Positions 9,371 to 25,104 are shown, counted from the first letter of the stretch. The stretch is 64,000 nucleotides of DNA from Trichloromonas sp. (GCA_034002365.1 JAVFAR010000003.1:490-64489); one strand, 5' to 3'. A program made the numbers and translations. Notes: generated by a model from the sequence alone, not told the origin.

Positions 9371-10363
9371 TAAATCCGCCGCCATTTGCTCAGCCATCTT
9401 CACCGCCGCGACCAGGCTCTCGGTGCTGGCCTGGCCGGTGCCGGCGAGGTCGTAGGCGGTGCCGTGGTCGACGGAGGTGCGGACGATGGGCAGCCCCAGG
9501 GTGACGTTGACGCCGTCCTCGAAATGCAGGAGTTTCAGGGGAATCAGGCCCTGGTCGTGATACATGCAGATCACCGCGTCGTATGCCCCGCGGACGGCGA
9601 AGTGAAAGAGGGTGTCGGCGCTGTGCGGGCCGCTGGCGGCGATCCCCTCCGCCTGGGCGGCCGCGATGGCCGGGGCGATCAGGCGCGGTTCCTCGTCGCC
9701 GAACATCCCTTGCTCTCCGGCATGGGGATTGAGCGCCAGCACCGCCAGGCGCGGCTCTTTCAGGCCGAAAAAGCGGCGCAAAGAGCGATCGGTGATGCGG
9801 ATCGTTTCCAGGATCTCCCCTTCGCTGAGCACCCGCGGCACCTCGGCCAGAGCCAGATGAGTCGTCACCAGACAGACCTTGAGTCGCTCACCGGCGAGCA
9901 TCATCACCACCTTGTCGACCCCGCAGCGCTCGGCCAGCAGTTCGGTATGGCCGGGAAAATCGCAGCCGGCGGCATGAATCGCCGCCTTGCTGATCGGCGC
10001 CGTGACCATGGCCGCCGCCTCGCCGGAACGACAGGCGTCGCAGGCCCACTCGATGTAGCGCAGCATGGCCCGGCCGCAGGGGATGTCCGGCCGGCCGTAG
10101 ACCAGTGTTTCCGCCTCCAGGTTCGACAGCGGCACAACCTCAAGGGCGCGCCCGGCGCAGACCAGCCGCGTCCGTTCGCCAACCGGCACGACCGCGCAGG
10201 GGGCGCCGCAGACCGCCGCCGCCCGCCGCAGCACCGCCGCATCCCCGGCCACCCACAGGGGACGCGAGAGGGCATCGAAGGCCCCCTCCAGCAGGGCCTT
10301 GACTATGATTTCCGGGCCGATCCCGGTGGGGTCGCCCTGGGTGATGACTATCGGTCGCCGCAT
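9368..10363 (-). CDS. pdxA: 4-hydroxythreonine-4-phosphate dehydrogenase
   Basis: GDPTGIGPE, GHTELLA, LNPHAGE, MYHDQGLIPLK, RTSVDHGTA. Confidence 0.96.
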   Translation of the reverse strand: MRRPIVITQGDPTGIGPEIIVKALLEGAFDALSRPLWVAGDAAVLRRAAAVCGAPCAVVPVGERTRLVCAGRALEVVPLSNLEAETLVYGRPDIPCGRAMLRYIEWACDACRSGEAAAMVTAPISKAAIHAAGCDFPGHTELLAERCGVDKVVMMLAGERLKVCLVTTHLALAEVPRVLSEGEILETIRITDRSLRRFFGLKEPRLAVLALNPHAGEQGMFGDEEPRLIAPAIAAAQAEGIAASGPHSADTLFHFAVRGAYDAVICMYHDQGLIPLKLLHFEDGVNVTLGLPIVRTSVDHGTAYDLAGTGQASTESLVAAVKMAEQMAADL

Positions 10364-10436
10364 GAAAAACTCCTGACTTCGCTCAAGCACCGGACAGGGG
10401 ATCAGTATAGTTCAAACCCCGAAAGATGGACGAAAT

Positions 10437-10467
10437 AAAAAAGCCCCGCCGGCAAAGGCGGGGCTTT
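10437..10467 (-). terminator. Intrinsic terminator after surA
   Basis: AAAGCCCCGCC/GGCGGGGCTTT stem followed by a U-tract on the minus strand. Confidence 0.75.
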
Positions 10468-10491
10468 GGCTCATCGTCGGCAAAACTTCCG

Positions 10492-11445
10492 CTATTCCCG
10501 GATATCGATACGGGCCGACTTGCGCAAGCCCTCGGCCCAGCTTTTGAAAGCTCCATCGGTCTTCTGCTCGGTGAGGATCTTGGCGATGTCATCCTTGACG
10601 GCATCGAACTGCCGCACCGAGCCGGTATCACGCTCCAACACCTTGAAGAGGTGGAAGGCCTCGGGGGTCTCCACCGGCTCGCTGACCTCGCCAGCCGTGA
10701 GACCTTTCACCGCCTCGGCGAAAGCCGCGGTCAGCTCCTCTTCGGCGAAACGCCCCATGTCCCCCCCCTGGGCCCGTCCCTCGCCGGTATACTCCGAGAG
10801 AACAGCGAGGAAATCCTCCCCGCCCCGGACCCGTTCCCGCGCCTCGCGGGCCAGGGACCGGGCCGCCTCCACCTCTTCGGCGCTGGGCCGATCGGGCAGG
10901 GGAAAGGTGATGCGGGCGAGATGGACCATCGGCTTCTGCCGGTAATCCTCGATATGCTCGCGGAAGTAGTCGAGCAGTTCCTGCTGGGTGACATCGACCT
11001 TGCTTTTGACCTCGCGGCCGAGAAGCTTGAAACGCAGGATCTGTTCCCGCAGCTTCTCCTGGTAGGCGTCGAACTCCATCCCCTGCAGGCTCAGGGCCTC
11101 GATCAGTTCCTCCCGGGTCAGCTGGTTCTGGAGGAGGACATCGCTGATGGCCGCCTCAATCTCTTCCTGGCTCACCTCCAGTCCCAGCTCCTTGACCCGT
11201 TGCCGCACCAGGGTTTCCTCGATCAGGCTGTTCAACACCCGCTGCCGCAGTTCGCTCAGCTGCTCGGGAGTCAGCAGGGCCTGGGCCTCGGCTCCCATCT
11301 GCCGCTTCTCCAGCTCCTGCTCGATCTGGTACTGGGTGATGATGTCCGTGTTGACCACGGCGACAATGCGGTTGACGGTTTGCGCGCCGAAAAGCGCCGC
11401 GGGAAAGAGCGCCAACATGGCCAGAAGGGCCAGAAAACGATTCAT
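10492..11445 (-). CDS. surA: SurA-family periplasmic chaperone / parvulin PPIase
   Basis: Signal peptide, VNRIVAVVNTDIIT and parvulin motif GGDMG; upstream of pdxA. Confidence 0.85.
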   Translation of the reverse strand: MNRFLALLAMLALFPAALFGAQTVNRIVAVVNTDIITQYQIEQELEKRQMGAEAQALLTPEQLSELRQRVLNSLIEETLVRQRVKELGLEVSQEEIEAAISDVLLQNQLTREELIEALSLQGMEFDAYQEKLREQILRFKLLGREVKSKVDVTQQELLDYFREHIEDYRQKPMVHLARITFPLPDRPSAEEVEAARSLAREARERVRGGEDFLAVLSEYTGEGRAQGGDMGRFAEEELTAAFAEAVKGLTAGEVSEPVETPEAFHLFKVLERDTGSVRQFDAVKDDIAKILTEQKTDGAFKSWAEGLRKSARIDIRE

Positions 11446-11509
11446 CGCTTATCCTCGGATGGAATGTGAAAAGGTCGGCCGGTGGAAAACGCCCTCGGCC
11501 GGAAACGGA

Positions 11510-12439
11510 TCAGTCGAACAGCGACCAGTTGATGGCGATGGCCGCCCGCTCGCGCAGACCCCGCAGCCATTCCTGATAGGCTTCTTCCTCGGCGCGCTCG
11601 CGCAGCCGCGCGCGGATTTTTTCCCGCGCCTCTTCCAGGGAAAGCTGCAGGGCCGGGCGGCGCTCCAGAAGCTGGAAAAGATGATAACCGTACTCGCTCC
11701 GAACCAGTCCGCTCAGATCCCCCGGAGCCATCTTCCAGACGGCCGAGCCGATCTCGGGGGGCATTTCCTCCTGGGCAAAAAAGCCGAGATCTCCCCCCTC
11801 CTCGCCGTCGGGGGAGAGGGAATGGCGCCGGGCCAGCTCGGCAAAATCGGCACCCGCCCGCAACTCCGCCAGCAGCCGTTGCCCCTCCGCTTCGTCCGCG
11901 ACCAGAATCTGCCGCGCCCGAACCTGCTCGGGCCGGGCGAACTCCTCGGCATGCTCCCGATAGTAGGCGGCGACCTCATCGTCGCTGACCTCGATCTTAT
12001 CGTAGACGGTCAGGCGCGCGACCTTTTCCATCAGCAGGCTTTCTTCCAGCTCGCGCCGCCAGGCCTTTTCGTCGAGACCGCGGGCCTTCAGCCCGGCACG
12101 GAACTCCTCCTCGGGGTAGCCGCTGCGCGCCTCGGCCTCGGCCGCCGCCAGCTCTTCCGCCGACAGGGAGACATCGAGGCGCTCCGCTTCCGCCAGGGTC
12201 AGTTCGCGGTCGACAATGCGAACGAGAAAAGCCCGCTCCAGCTCGGCCCGCTCTTCGGCGCCCAGTTGCTGATCCCGGGGGAGGGTCTTGGCGAAGCGCT
12301 CCTGGAATTCACCGTGACTCACCTCGCGGCCATTGACCTTGAGCAGCACCTGCGGCGAAGCCTCTCCCCGCTCACGACAGCCCAGGAGCATCAGCCCGAA
12401 GAGGAGCAGCAGGAGCAGTCGATAGCGGCCCATGACCAT
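11510..12439 (-). CDS. PpiC/parvulin-type PPIase lipoprotein
   Basis: Lipobox LLGC; VRARQIL, FAELARRHS, GGDLGFF, SEYGYHL. Confidence 0.88.
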   Translation of the reverse strand: MVMGRYRLLLLLLFGLMLLGCRERGEASPQVLLKVNGREVSHGEFQERFAKTLPRDQQLGAEERAELERAFLVRIVDRELTLAEAERLDVSLSAEELAAAEAEARSGYPEEEFRAGLKARGLDEKAWRRELEESLLMEKVARLTVYDKIEVSDDEVAAYYREHAEEFARPEQVRARQILVADEAEGQRLLAELRAGADFAELARRHSLSPDGEEGGDLGFFAQEEMPPEIGSAVWKMAPGDLSGLVRSEYGYHLFQLLERRPALQLSLEEAREKIRARLRERAEEEAYQEWLRGLRERAAIAINWSLFD

Positions 12440-12523
12440 GAAATCCTCGCGCGGAAGACTCCGCCATGACGTCTTGAAGGAAGAGAAGAAAAACAACGAA
12501 TTCAAAAGGGAAAACTAGCACAG

Positions 12524-16000
<3,477 letters not shown>

Positions 16001-16073
16001 GGCTTCAACTGTCCCTAAAAAAACGGGGCGTGCCGAACACGCCCCGCATGATGATTTCTTCGGCGAAAACCGG

Positions 16074-16988
16074 TCAGTCCCGGGGAATGGCCAGCATCCG
16101 CTCCAGGGCCACCCGGGCCTTTTCCCGCACCTCATCCGGCACGGTGATCCGGGGACTGAGGGTTTGCAGGCTTTTCAACACATCCTCCAGGGCGGTCAGC
16201 TTCATGTTGGGGCAGATCAGCTTCCGCGAGGGGAGGATGAATTCCTTGCCGGGATTCTCCAGGCGCAGCCGGTAGAGGATGCCCGCCTCGGTGCCGACGA
16301 TGAACTTTTTCGCCGGATTGCTCTTGGCGAAGCCGTACATGCCGGTGGTGGAACAGATATGATGGGCCAGGGCGAGAATCTCCGGGGTGCACTCGGGATG
16401 AGCCATGAAGAGAGCGTCGGGATGCTCGGCCAGGGCCTGCTTGACCTCTTCCGCCGCCAGGCGGTCATGGGTCGGACAGTAACCCTCCCAGAAATGGCAC
16501 TTCTTGTCGGTATGGGCGGCGATGTAGCGGCCGAGGTTGCGGTCGGGGACGAGAATCACCTCGTCGGCGTCAAGGGAGTTGACCACCTTGACGGCGTTGG
16601 CGCTGGTGCAGCAGATGTCGCTTTCGGCCTTGACCGCCGCCGAGGAGTTGACATAGGTCACCACCGGCCGCCCGGGGAGCCGGGCCTTCATTTCGCGCAG
16701 GCCCTCGACGGTCACCATGTCGGCCATCGGACAGCCGGCATCGGGACGGGGGAGGAGGACGATCTTCCCGGGCGCCAGAATCGCCGCGCTTTCGGCCATG
16801 AAATGGACGCCGCAGAAAACGATCACCTTGCGCTCGGTGCGCGCCGCTTCCAGCGACAGGGCCAGGGAATCGCCGGTGATATCGGCCACGGCCTGAATCT
16901 CGTCGCGCTGGTAGTTGTGCGCCAACAGCAGGGCATCGCGCTCCTCGGCCAGCCGGCGAATTTCCTTGAACATTTCTTCCTGAGTCAT
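16074..16988 (-). CDS. nadA: Quinolinate synthase A
   Basis: [38 protein letters not shown]. Confidence 0.97.
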   Translation of the reverse strand: MTQEEMFKEIRRLAEERDALLLAHNYQRDEIQAVADITGDSLALSLEAARTERKVIVFCGVHFMAESAAILAPGKIVLLPRPDAGCPMADMVTVEGLREMKARLPGRPVVTYVNSSAAVKAESDICCTSANAVKVVNSLDADEVILVPDRNLGRYIAAHTDKKCHFWEGYCPTHDRLAAEEVKQALAEHPDALFMAHPECTPEILALAHHICSTTGMYGFAKSNPAKKFIVGTEAGILYRLRLENPGKEFILPSRKLICPNMKLTALEDVLKSLQTLSPRITVPDEVREKARVALERMLAIPRD

Positions 16989-17035
16989 GGTCCACCTTCC
17001 GTCGCCGTGCGGCGAAGAGCTTGCAAAGTCGCCGT

Positions 17036-17115
17036 ATACTAGTTTAAAAGCCCTGATATGTCAAACCCTTATCGACTCCCTTTGACCTTGACAGGGGAGG
17101 GGAAGACGGGATAAT
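17036..17115. promoter_or_regulatory. Divergent sigma70-type promoters for nadA and tatBC
   Basis: Minus strand TTGACA(17064-17059)-N17-TAGTAT. Plus strand TTGACA(17088)-N16-GATAAT. Confidence 0.6.
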
Positions 17116-17165
17116 CTCGGCACGCTTGTCCCACATCCCGCCCCCCATATCCCAAGGATTCTTTT

Positions 17166-17498
17166 ATGTTCGGTATCGGCATGCCCGAGCTTCTGTTGAT
17201 TCTGGCCGTCGCGCTGATCGTCATCGGCCCGAAAAAACTTCCCGATCTGGCCCGCGCCCTCGGTCGCGGCCTGTCCGAGTTCCGCAAAGCCACCGACGAA
17301 CTGAAAAACACCCTGAACGAGGAAAGCCGCTCCGACCGGAAGCCCGAACCGCTGCCCTCTCCCCCCCGCCAGACCACGCCGCCGGTGACGGCCTCCAACC
17401 CCTATGTCGACGGCACCAGCGCCGAGCTCGACGCGCTCACCCCCGGCCCCGAGGAGGCTCCTCGCCCGGAATCCAAGGACCCCGCCCATGGCGGATGA
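17166..17498 (+). CDS. tatB: Twin-arginine translocase subunit TatB (TatA/B family)
   Basis: [26 protein letters not shown]; overlaps tatC. Confidence 0.85.
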   Translation: MFGIGMPELLLILAVALIVIGPKKLPDLARALGRGLSEFRKATDELKNTLNEESRSDRKPEPLPSPPRQTTPPVTASNPYVDGTSAELDALTPGPEEAPRPESKDPAHGG

Positions 17499-18270
17499 TC
17501 AGCTGCCTCTCACCGCCCATCTCGAAGAGCTGCGCAAACGGCTGATCATCGCCGCCAGCGCCTGGCTGGTGGCGTTCGGCGGCTGCTACGTGGTGGCCGA
17601 GAAACTCTTCCAGTTCATCGCCGGACCGGTGCGGGCCGCCCTCCCCGAAGGCAGCTCGCTGGTCTTTATCAACGCCACCGAGCCCTTCTTCACCTATCTC
17701 AAGATTTCCGCCATCGCCGGGCTAGTGGCGGCCCTTCCGATCATCCTCTGGCAGGGCTGGGCCTTTGTCGCGCCAGGGCTTTACGGCCACGAAAAGCGCT
17801 TCGCCATTCCCTTCGTCATGGTCAGTTGTCTCTGTTTCGGCGCCGGTGCCTATTTCGGTTTCACTTACGTCTTTCCCACCATTTTCACCTTTCTGATCGG
17901 TTACGGCACCAGCATCGCCGGCATCAGCGCCATGCTGTCGATGAGCAGCTACCTGACCCTGTCGTCCCAGTTGCTGCTGGCCTTCGGCCTGGTGTTCGAA
18001 CTGCCGGTGGTGATCTTTTTTCTCGCCCGCATAGGCGTGGTCGACTACAAATGGCTGGGCAAACACCGTAAATACGCCCTCCTCGCCGCCTTCATCGTCG
18101 GCGGCATTCTGACCCCATCGCCGGACGTCTTTTCGCAGACCTCGGTCGCCGTGCCGTTCTACATCCTCTACGAAGTCGGCACCCTCGCCGCGCGGTTTTT
18201 CGGTAAGAAAAAACCCGCCCCCGACCCGGAGGACGAAAAAGCCCCCCCTCCTTCCGCAACCACCGAGTAA
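17488..18270 (+). CDS. tatC: Twin-arginine translocase subunit TatC
   Basis: [28 protein letters not shown], six TM helices. Confidence 0.96.
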   Translation: MADDQLPLTAHLEELRKRLIIAASAWLVAFGGCYVVAEKLFQFIAGPVRAALPEGSSLVFINATEPFFTYLKISAIAGLVAALPIILWQGWAFVAPGLYGHEKRFAIPFVMVSCLCFGAGAYFGFTYVFPTIFTFLIGYGTSIAGISAMLSMSSYLTLSSQLLLAFGLVFELPVVIFFLARIGVVDYKWLGKHRKYALLAAFIVGGILTPSPDVFSQTSVAVPFYILYEVGTLAARFFGKKKPAPDPEDEKAPPPSATTE

Positions 18271-18292
18271 AAACCGGCCGTCGGTCCGACAT

Positions 18293-18330
18293 AAAAAAGC
18301 CCGTTGTCATGTTCGGCAACGGGCTTTTTT
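18293..18330. terminator. Intrinsic terminator after tatC
   Basis: AAAAAAGCCCGTTGTC-loop-GGCAACGGGCTTTTTT. Confidence 0.85.
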
Positions 18331-18483
18331 ATGGTGAAAAAATAAAACGCATCGATTGGGCGAAAACCTAAGGGATTCAGATTTCGGCCTGTTCAGGCAA
18401 AAAATCCCTGCCCCGAGCTTGCAATTTCGCAATTCGTGTACTATTGGTAATATCTAATTTATTATCGATGGGGAGGTTAGCCT

Positions 18484-19803
18484 ATGTCCGGGCAATTGAC
18501 TCAGCATCCTTCTGTACAGGATTCGATGATTCCGACGAGCCTCGACTTATTCCAAAGGCTTTTTTCCAGAGTCCCTAAACCCTTTGCCGTCCGTCTCTGG
18601 GATGGTTCCACATGGCGGCACGGCAATGACCCGCCACTTTTCACCCTGGAAATCAAGCACCCTTCCGCGCTGCGCCGCATGTTCTGGCGGCCGACCGAAC
18701 TTTCCCTCGGCGAAGCCTTCATTTTCGACGACTTTGACATCCACGGAGACATCGAAGCCAGTTTTGTTCTGGCCGATCACCTGTTGGCTCGTAACTGGCG
18801 AATCACGGAGAAACTGGGCTTGGCCTGCAAACTGTTGCGACTTCCCGTAAATCAGCCGACCGGGAACCGGCGTGGATCCGCCGCTTTACGTGGCCGGGCG
18901 CACTCAAGGGCACGTGATGCCCAGGCGATCCAGTATCACTATAATGTCTCCAACGAATTCTATCGATTATGGCTGGATCAGCGCATGGTGTACTCCTGCG
19001 CCCTGTTTCACCGGCCCGACGAAAGTCTCGACGGAGGCCAGTACCGCAAGCTGGATTACATCTGCCGTAAACTGCGGCTCAAACCGGGAGAAAAACTCCT
19101 CGATATCGGCTGCGGTTGGGGTGGCCTCGTTATTCACGCCGCCGCCAACTATGGCGTCGACGCCCAGGGAATTACTCTCAGCCAACCCCAGGCCGATCTG
19201 GCTAACGAACGAATTCGTAACGCCGGCCTGTCGGATCGCTGCCGGGTCGAGGTCTGCGATTACCGAGACGTCCCATCCAAACAAGGCTTCGACAAGCTGG
19301 TAAGTGTCGGCATGTTCGAGCATGTCGGCAAGACGAAACTACCGGCGTATTTCCGCAAAGCCTACCAACTGCTCAATCCAGGCGGCGTTTTCCTCAATCA
19401 CGGCATCACCGAGGTGGCGGGAAGGACACAGCCCGACAAGCCATCCTTCATCGATAAATATGTGTTTCCCGACGGCGAACTGGAATCGCTTAACACTTCG
19501 TTGCGCGTCGCCGAGGAAATGGGGTTCGAAATTCGGGACGTGGAAAGCCTGCGCGAGCACTACGCCCTGACCTTGCGCCAGTGGGTCAGGCGCCTGGAGG
19601 AGCATCGCGAGCAAGTTATTGATTTGACCTGCCCGATAACCTATCGAATCTGGCGGATTTACATGGCGGGCTCGGCCCACGGTTTCGAAACCGGAAAGCT
19701 CGGGCTCTATCAGACGCTGCTGGTCAAGTCGGGAAAACAGTCGAGTGGGCTGCCGCTGACCCGTTGCGACTGGTATCGCCCCTGTCCGAACGGGTATCAT
19801 TAA
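18484..19803 (+). CDS. cfa: Cyclopropane-fatty-acyl-phospholipid synthase
   Basis: HYNVSNEFY, MVYSCA, LDIGCGWG, SVGMFEHVG, FIDKYVFPDGEL, HYALTL..W. Confidence 0.93.
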   Translation: MSGQLTQHPSVQDSMIPTSLDLFQRLFSRVPKPFAVRLWDGSTWRHGNDPPLFTLEIKHPSALRRMFWRPTELSLGEAFIFDDFDIHGDIEASFVLADHLLARNWRITEKLGLACKLLRLPVNQPTGNRRGSAALRGRAHSRARDAQAIQYHYNVSNEFYRLWLDQRMVYSCALFHRPDESLDGGQYRKLDYICRKLRLKPGEKLLDIGCGWGGLVIHAAANYGVDAQGITLSQPQADLANERIRNAGLSDRCRVEVCDYRDVPSKQGFDKLVSVGMFEHVGKTKLPAYFRKAYQLLNPGGVFLNHGITEVAGRTQPDKPSFIDKYVFPDGELESLNTSLRVAEEMGFEIRDVESLREHYALTLRQWVRRLEEHREQVIDLTCPITYRIWRIYMAGSAHGFETGKLGLYQTLLVKSGKQSSGLPLTRCDWYRPCPNGYH

Positions 19804-19966
19804 CCGCCGGCTCGATTTTGAAAATGGTGAGCTTGACGCCTATCGGAAGGGGAAGACCTGTGGTTTCAATACCAGACCTGATTAGCGCCAATCTTCAGCC
19901 ATGACATATTCTGTCACAGGCTGGGCTTAACCTAGCCATGGACACCCCAACGTCAGGAGGCCGCCG

Positions 19967-20110
19967 ATCGTCGACATCTCGGCGGACAAGGTGGAAGCGG
20001 TACCGCCGATGATGGCCCACGCCGAATATGTCCTGGCCATGGCCAAACTCGCCAATCAGGCGAAAATCCTCCTCGATGTCAACCGTATCGTTCAGGAAAC
20101 CTGCCACTAA
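19967..20110 (+). pseudogene. C-terminal remnant of a CheW-like gene
   Basis: Reads IVDISADKVEAVPPMMAHAEYVLAMAKLANQAKILLDVNRIVQETCH*. In-frame stop upstream at 19928 and no N-terminal two-thirds. Confidence 0.6.
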
Positions 20111-20144
20111 CCGCTGAACCGGGGAAGGGGAGTGAAGGATTCCC

Positions 20145-21197
20145 TCAGCCGGCGAAGAGCTGGATGAAGAGCTCGAAGAGCTTGCGGTCGAGGTCCGAGG
20201 TGAACTGCTGGTACATGATCTTGAAGGCGTCGAAGGCCGACTTGCGCTGGTGGTAGGGGCGGTCGGCGGTCAAGGCCTCGTAGACATCCGCCAACCGGCA
20301 GATGCGGGCGTAAGGATGGATGTCGTCCCCCGTCAGGGCATTGGGGTAGCCCTTGCCGTCATCCCGCTCATGGTGCTGGAGGGCGATGATCTTCGCCTCT
20401 TCGGTGAGCAGCCCGCTTTCGGCGAGCATGATATGTCCGTCGTCCGGATGTTTGTTGACGATCCGGCGCTCGCTGTCGCTCAAAGCCCCCGGCTTGTTGA
20501 GAATCTCGATGGGAATCCGGCACTTGCCGAGATCGTGGAGGAAAAACCCGGGACCCAAGGTCTCCATTTTTTTCATCGAGTCGCTGCCGAAAAAGATTTT
20601 CGCCAGGGCGACGCCGTAAATTCCCACATTGGTGCAGTGGGTGTAGGTCGAATGGTCGTAGGCGGTGAGACGGATCAGGTGCCGAGTCGCGCTGTCGTCG
20701 GTCATGATCAGGCTGACCGTCGGCAGAATCGCCTCCTGGGCCTGACGGACGAAGGGAGCCCGGGGCTCATCGAAGGCCCAGCGGAGAATCTCCTGACAGG
20801 AGGCGTGGACCGCCTGGGCCTTCTTTTCTGAGCTGGTATGGGGATCGCGAACGACGGAAATCAGCGAATTTTTCAGAAAATCGAAATAGACCGGGCTGTC
20901 TCCTTCCTGAATGTACAGGTAATTCAGGCCATGGGTCAGCAGTCGTTCACGTACGACGCGATCGACGGGGAGACGACGCTGGGAGAAGAGCACGAAGCGG
21001 TCCTGCCCCGTTCTGCGATAGAGATCGCACGGCGTCACGATCTCCGGGTCGAGACACCGCAGATCAACAGGATACCACCCCTGTTCACTCACCGGAGGAA
21101 GGGACGAACGTTCGGTGGAAGGGGTCAGGGGTGTCGGCTGTTCCTGCAATAGAGCCTCGCAAAGTTCAAGAGCTTTGATCTTTATACCGTTCGACAT
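20145..21197 (-). CDS. HD-GYP domain protein (c-di-GMP phosphodiesterase-type)
   Basis: THCTNV, HDLGK, HHERDDGKGYP, LADVYEALT..RPY. Confidence 0.9.
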   Translation of the reverse strand: MSNGIKIKALELCEALLQEQPTPLTPSTERSSLPPVSEQGWYPVDLRCLDPEIVTPCDLYRRTGQDRFVLFSQRRLPVDRVVRERLLTHGLNYLYIQEGDSPVYFDFLKNSLISVVRDPHTSSEKKAQAVHASCQEILRWAFDEPRAPFVRQAQEAILPTVSLIMTDDSATRHLIRLTAYDHSTYTHCTNVGIYGVALAKIFFGSDSMKKMETLGPGFFLHDLGKCRIPIEILNKPGALSDSERRIVNKHPDDGHIMLAESGLLTEEAKIIALQHHERDDGKGYPNALTGDDIHPYARICRLADVYEALTADRPYHQRKSAFDAFKIMYQQFTSDLDRKLFELFIQLFAG

Positions 21198-21320
21198 TTT
21201 ACCTTACCCGATGAAAGAAAATCCAGCTTCCTCCAATTGCAAAGCTCGATGGCCCCGCGCACAACAAAAAACGGCGCTCACAGGGAACGCCGCTTATCAT
21301 TCTTTATTCAGCGAAGCCTC

Positions 21321-22031
21321 TCAGACGTCGCCGACTTGCTGTAAAATCGAACCTTCGAACGGACGCCCCTCTTTCTGCGCCATGCTCTGGATCAGCTGCT
21401 GACCGCCAAAAGCGGCGGTTTTTGTCACCAGGGTTTCCGCCAGCTCTCCATCCCGGGCCTTGAATGCTTCAAGCAGCTTGCGATGCTCCTGCACCGAGAC
21501 TTCCATCCGCCCAGGCAGGCTCAGGGAAGCCATGCGCAGACGATTAAATTTGAGCAGAAGCTGGCTGATCAGTTCCAGTAGCTTATCATTCCCCGAGGCG
21601 CGAATAAACGCTTCATGGAAGTCGCTGTGAACACGGAAGAAATTTTTGACATCTCCCTCGCGGGCGAGCTTTTCCAAACGGTCGTTGATCGTTTCCAGGC
21701 GCTCAATATCCCGGTCGCTGAGCTTGTCGGCGGCCATTCTCGCCGCATAACCTTCAAGAACGCTCTTGATGGCGAAGAACTCCTCCACATCCCGTTCCGA
21801 CAGGGAAGCGACGACCGCGCCCTTGCGCGGAATAACGGTCAAGTAGCCTTCCGATTCAAGTTGCCGGAACGCCTCCCGAATCGGCGTGCGGCTGATGCCG
21901 AATCGCTCCGCCAATTCCGGCTCGGCGACTTTTTCTCCCGGCTTGAGCGAGCCCTTGAGTATGGCTTCACGGATCGTTTCGAGAATCTTTTCCCGTAAAG
22001 TCAGATGGCTGTCGACAAGTTTCTTTCTCAC
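21321..22031 (-). CDS. GntR-family (FCD) transcriptional regulator
   Basis: wHTH motif LAERFGISRTPIREA; FCD motifs FH...ASGN and EH. Confidence 0.92.
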   Translation of the reverse strand: MRKKLVDSHLTLREKILETIREAILKGSLKPGEKVAEPELAERFGISRTPIREAFRQLESEGYLTVIPRKGAVVASLSERDVEEFFAIKSVLEGYAARMAADKLSDRDIERLETINDRLEKLAREGDVKNFFRVHSDFHEAFIRASGNDKLLELISQLLLKFNRLRMASLSLPGRMEVSVQEHRKLLEAFKARDGELAETLVTKTAAFGGQQLIQSMAQKEGRPFEGSILQQVGDV

Positions 22032-22077
22032 CGAAATACTCCCATCCCCCTGATGAGTTGTCCTTCATCCCCGGCGA

Positions 22078-22105
22078 ATTGTATACAGTATACATTTTAT
22101 GTCAA
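22078..22105 (-). promoter_or_regulatory. gntR promoter with overlapping palindromic operator
   Basis: TTGACA-N16-TACAAT on the minus strand, overlapped by TGTATAC-A-GTATACA (22080-22094). Confidence 0.65.
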
Positions 22106-22248
22106 GTTTTTTCCTGCAAACAGTTTTGATTATTGTGTTTTTTTCGCTGTCTTATCAGTAAGTTTTCGGAAAAGAAAAAGGGCGCAGGAGATATTGATTA
22201 CCGGAATACTCTGCGAAGGGGGATGGATTTATCGAAGCGCGGAGCACT

Positions 22249-22280
22249 AAAAAAGGCGACCCCGGAGAGCCGCCTTTTTT
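22249..22280 (-). terminator. Terminator of the atp operon
   Basis: AAAAAAGGCG...CGCCTTTTTT just past the atpC stop. Confidence 0.75.
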
Positions 22281-22303
22281 ACAAGTTATCAGCAAGTTCT
22301 TTT

Positions 22304-22717
22304 TCAGCGTCCCTGACGGCCGGCAACCTGAATACGGGTCAGGGCGCGCTCCAGGGCGGCCTGCATGACCAGGAAATCCTTGTCCTCGGAAGAAAGCTTG
22401 CGCAAGGCCTCCTCGGCACGGCCCAAGGCGGCCCGGGCCCGTTCGAGATCGATCTCGTCGGCAGGCTCGGCCGTTTCCACCAGGACGGTCACCTTGTCGT
22501 CTTCAACTTCCACATAGCCCCAGTTCACGGCCAGATGAAAGACCTCGCTGCCGCGTCGGTACGACAGCTCGCCGATCTTGAGAGTCGTAAGCAGGGGAGT
22601 ATGCCCGGGAAGAATGCCGAATTCGCCCAGCGTGCCGGGGGCCGTGACCTCATCGACTTCCTCGGAGAGGGCCTTTTTATAGGGGGTGACCAATTCGAGT
22701 CTGAGCTTTTCTGCCAT
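22304..22717 (-). CDS. atpC: ATP synthase epsilon subunit
   Basis: LELVTP, GEFGILPGHTP, EIDLERA. Confidence 0.96.
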   Translation of the reverse strand: MAEKLRLELVTPYKKALSEEVDEVTAPGTLGEFGILPGHTPLLTTLKIGELSYRRGSEVFHLAVNWGYVEVEDDKVTVLVETAEPADEIDLERARAALGRAEEALRKLSSEDKDFLVMQAALERALTRIQVAGRQGR

Positions 22718-22773
22718 TACGAACATCCTTTACCGGAGTGGCGGGGCTTGACGCCCCGCCGCAACAACATCTA

Positions 22774-24234
<1,461 letters not shown>

Positions 24235-25104
24235 TTAATTCTTGACCGATTCCGCCCCTGAAATAATCTCCATGAGCTCCTTGGTGATGGCCGCCTGCCG
24301 GGCGCGATTGTACTGCAGGGTCAACTTGCCGATCATTTCCTTGGCGTTCTTGCTGGCACTGTCCATGGCGCTCATACGGGCGCCGTGTTCCGATGCCACG
24401 GACTCAAGGAGAGAGCGGAAGATCTGCACTTCGACGTTTTTCGGCAGCAACTGCGCCAGTACCGCGCCGCGATTCGGCTCGTACAGATACTGGGTCATAT
24501 GCGTTCCCTCGTCTACTTCGCGAGGAATAATCGGCAGCAGCTGGGCGGTCGTGACCACCTGGGAAATGGCGCTGCGGAAGGCGTTGTAGATAAGGTAAAC
24601 GGCGTCATACTGCTCGGCCACATACCCGTCGACAATCTCCTGCCCAAGCAAGGAGGCCGTTCCGATGGAGATACTTCCGGTAATGTTTTCGTAGACCTTG
24701 CCGATGTTGAGGCCAGACCGGTGTTTGAGATATTCCTTGCCCTTGCGGCCGATAATCATCAGGTCGTAAGCTTCGAAACCATCTTCATTCTTACGGACAA
24801 AGCGCTCGGCAGTCTTGCAGATATTGGCGTTGAAACCGCCGCACAGGCCCCGGTCCGCCGTCAGAACAACAACCAGTGCCCGCCGTTTGCCCCGGGAAAA
24901 AAGCAGGGGATGGGCTTCCGCTTCCTCTCTGGCGGCCAGGCTGGAAAGTACTTCCAGCATCTTGTCGGCGTAAGGCCGCGAGGCGACCACCGCTTCCTGG
25001 GCGCGCCGGAGTTTCGCGGCCGAAACCATTTTCATGGCCTTGGTGATCTGCTGGGTGTTTTTGACCGAGCCGATCCGTTTTTTTATGTCCTTCAGACTTG
25101 GCAT
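24235..25104 (-). CDS. atpG: ATP synthase gamma subunit
   Basis: [33 protein letters not shown]. Confidence 0.98.
   Translation of the reverse strand: MPSLKDIKKRIGSVKNTQQITKAMKMVSAAKLRRAQEAVVASRPYADKMLEVLSSLAAREEAEAHPLLFSRGKRRALVVVLTADRGLCGGFNANICKTAERFVRKNEDGFEAYDLMIIGRKGKEYLKHRSGLNIGKVYENITGSISIGTASLLGQEIVDGYVAEQYDAVYLIYNAFRSAISQVVTTAQLLPIIPREVDEGTHMTQYLYEPNRGAVLAQLLPKNVEVQIFRSLLESVASEHGARMSAMDSASKNAKEMIGKLTLQYNRARQAAITKELMEIISGAESVKN

Noticed and set aside
19895-20107. 70-aa minus-strand ORF
   Set aside because: It is the antisense shadow of the CheW-like remnant.
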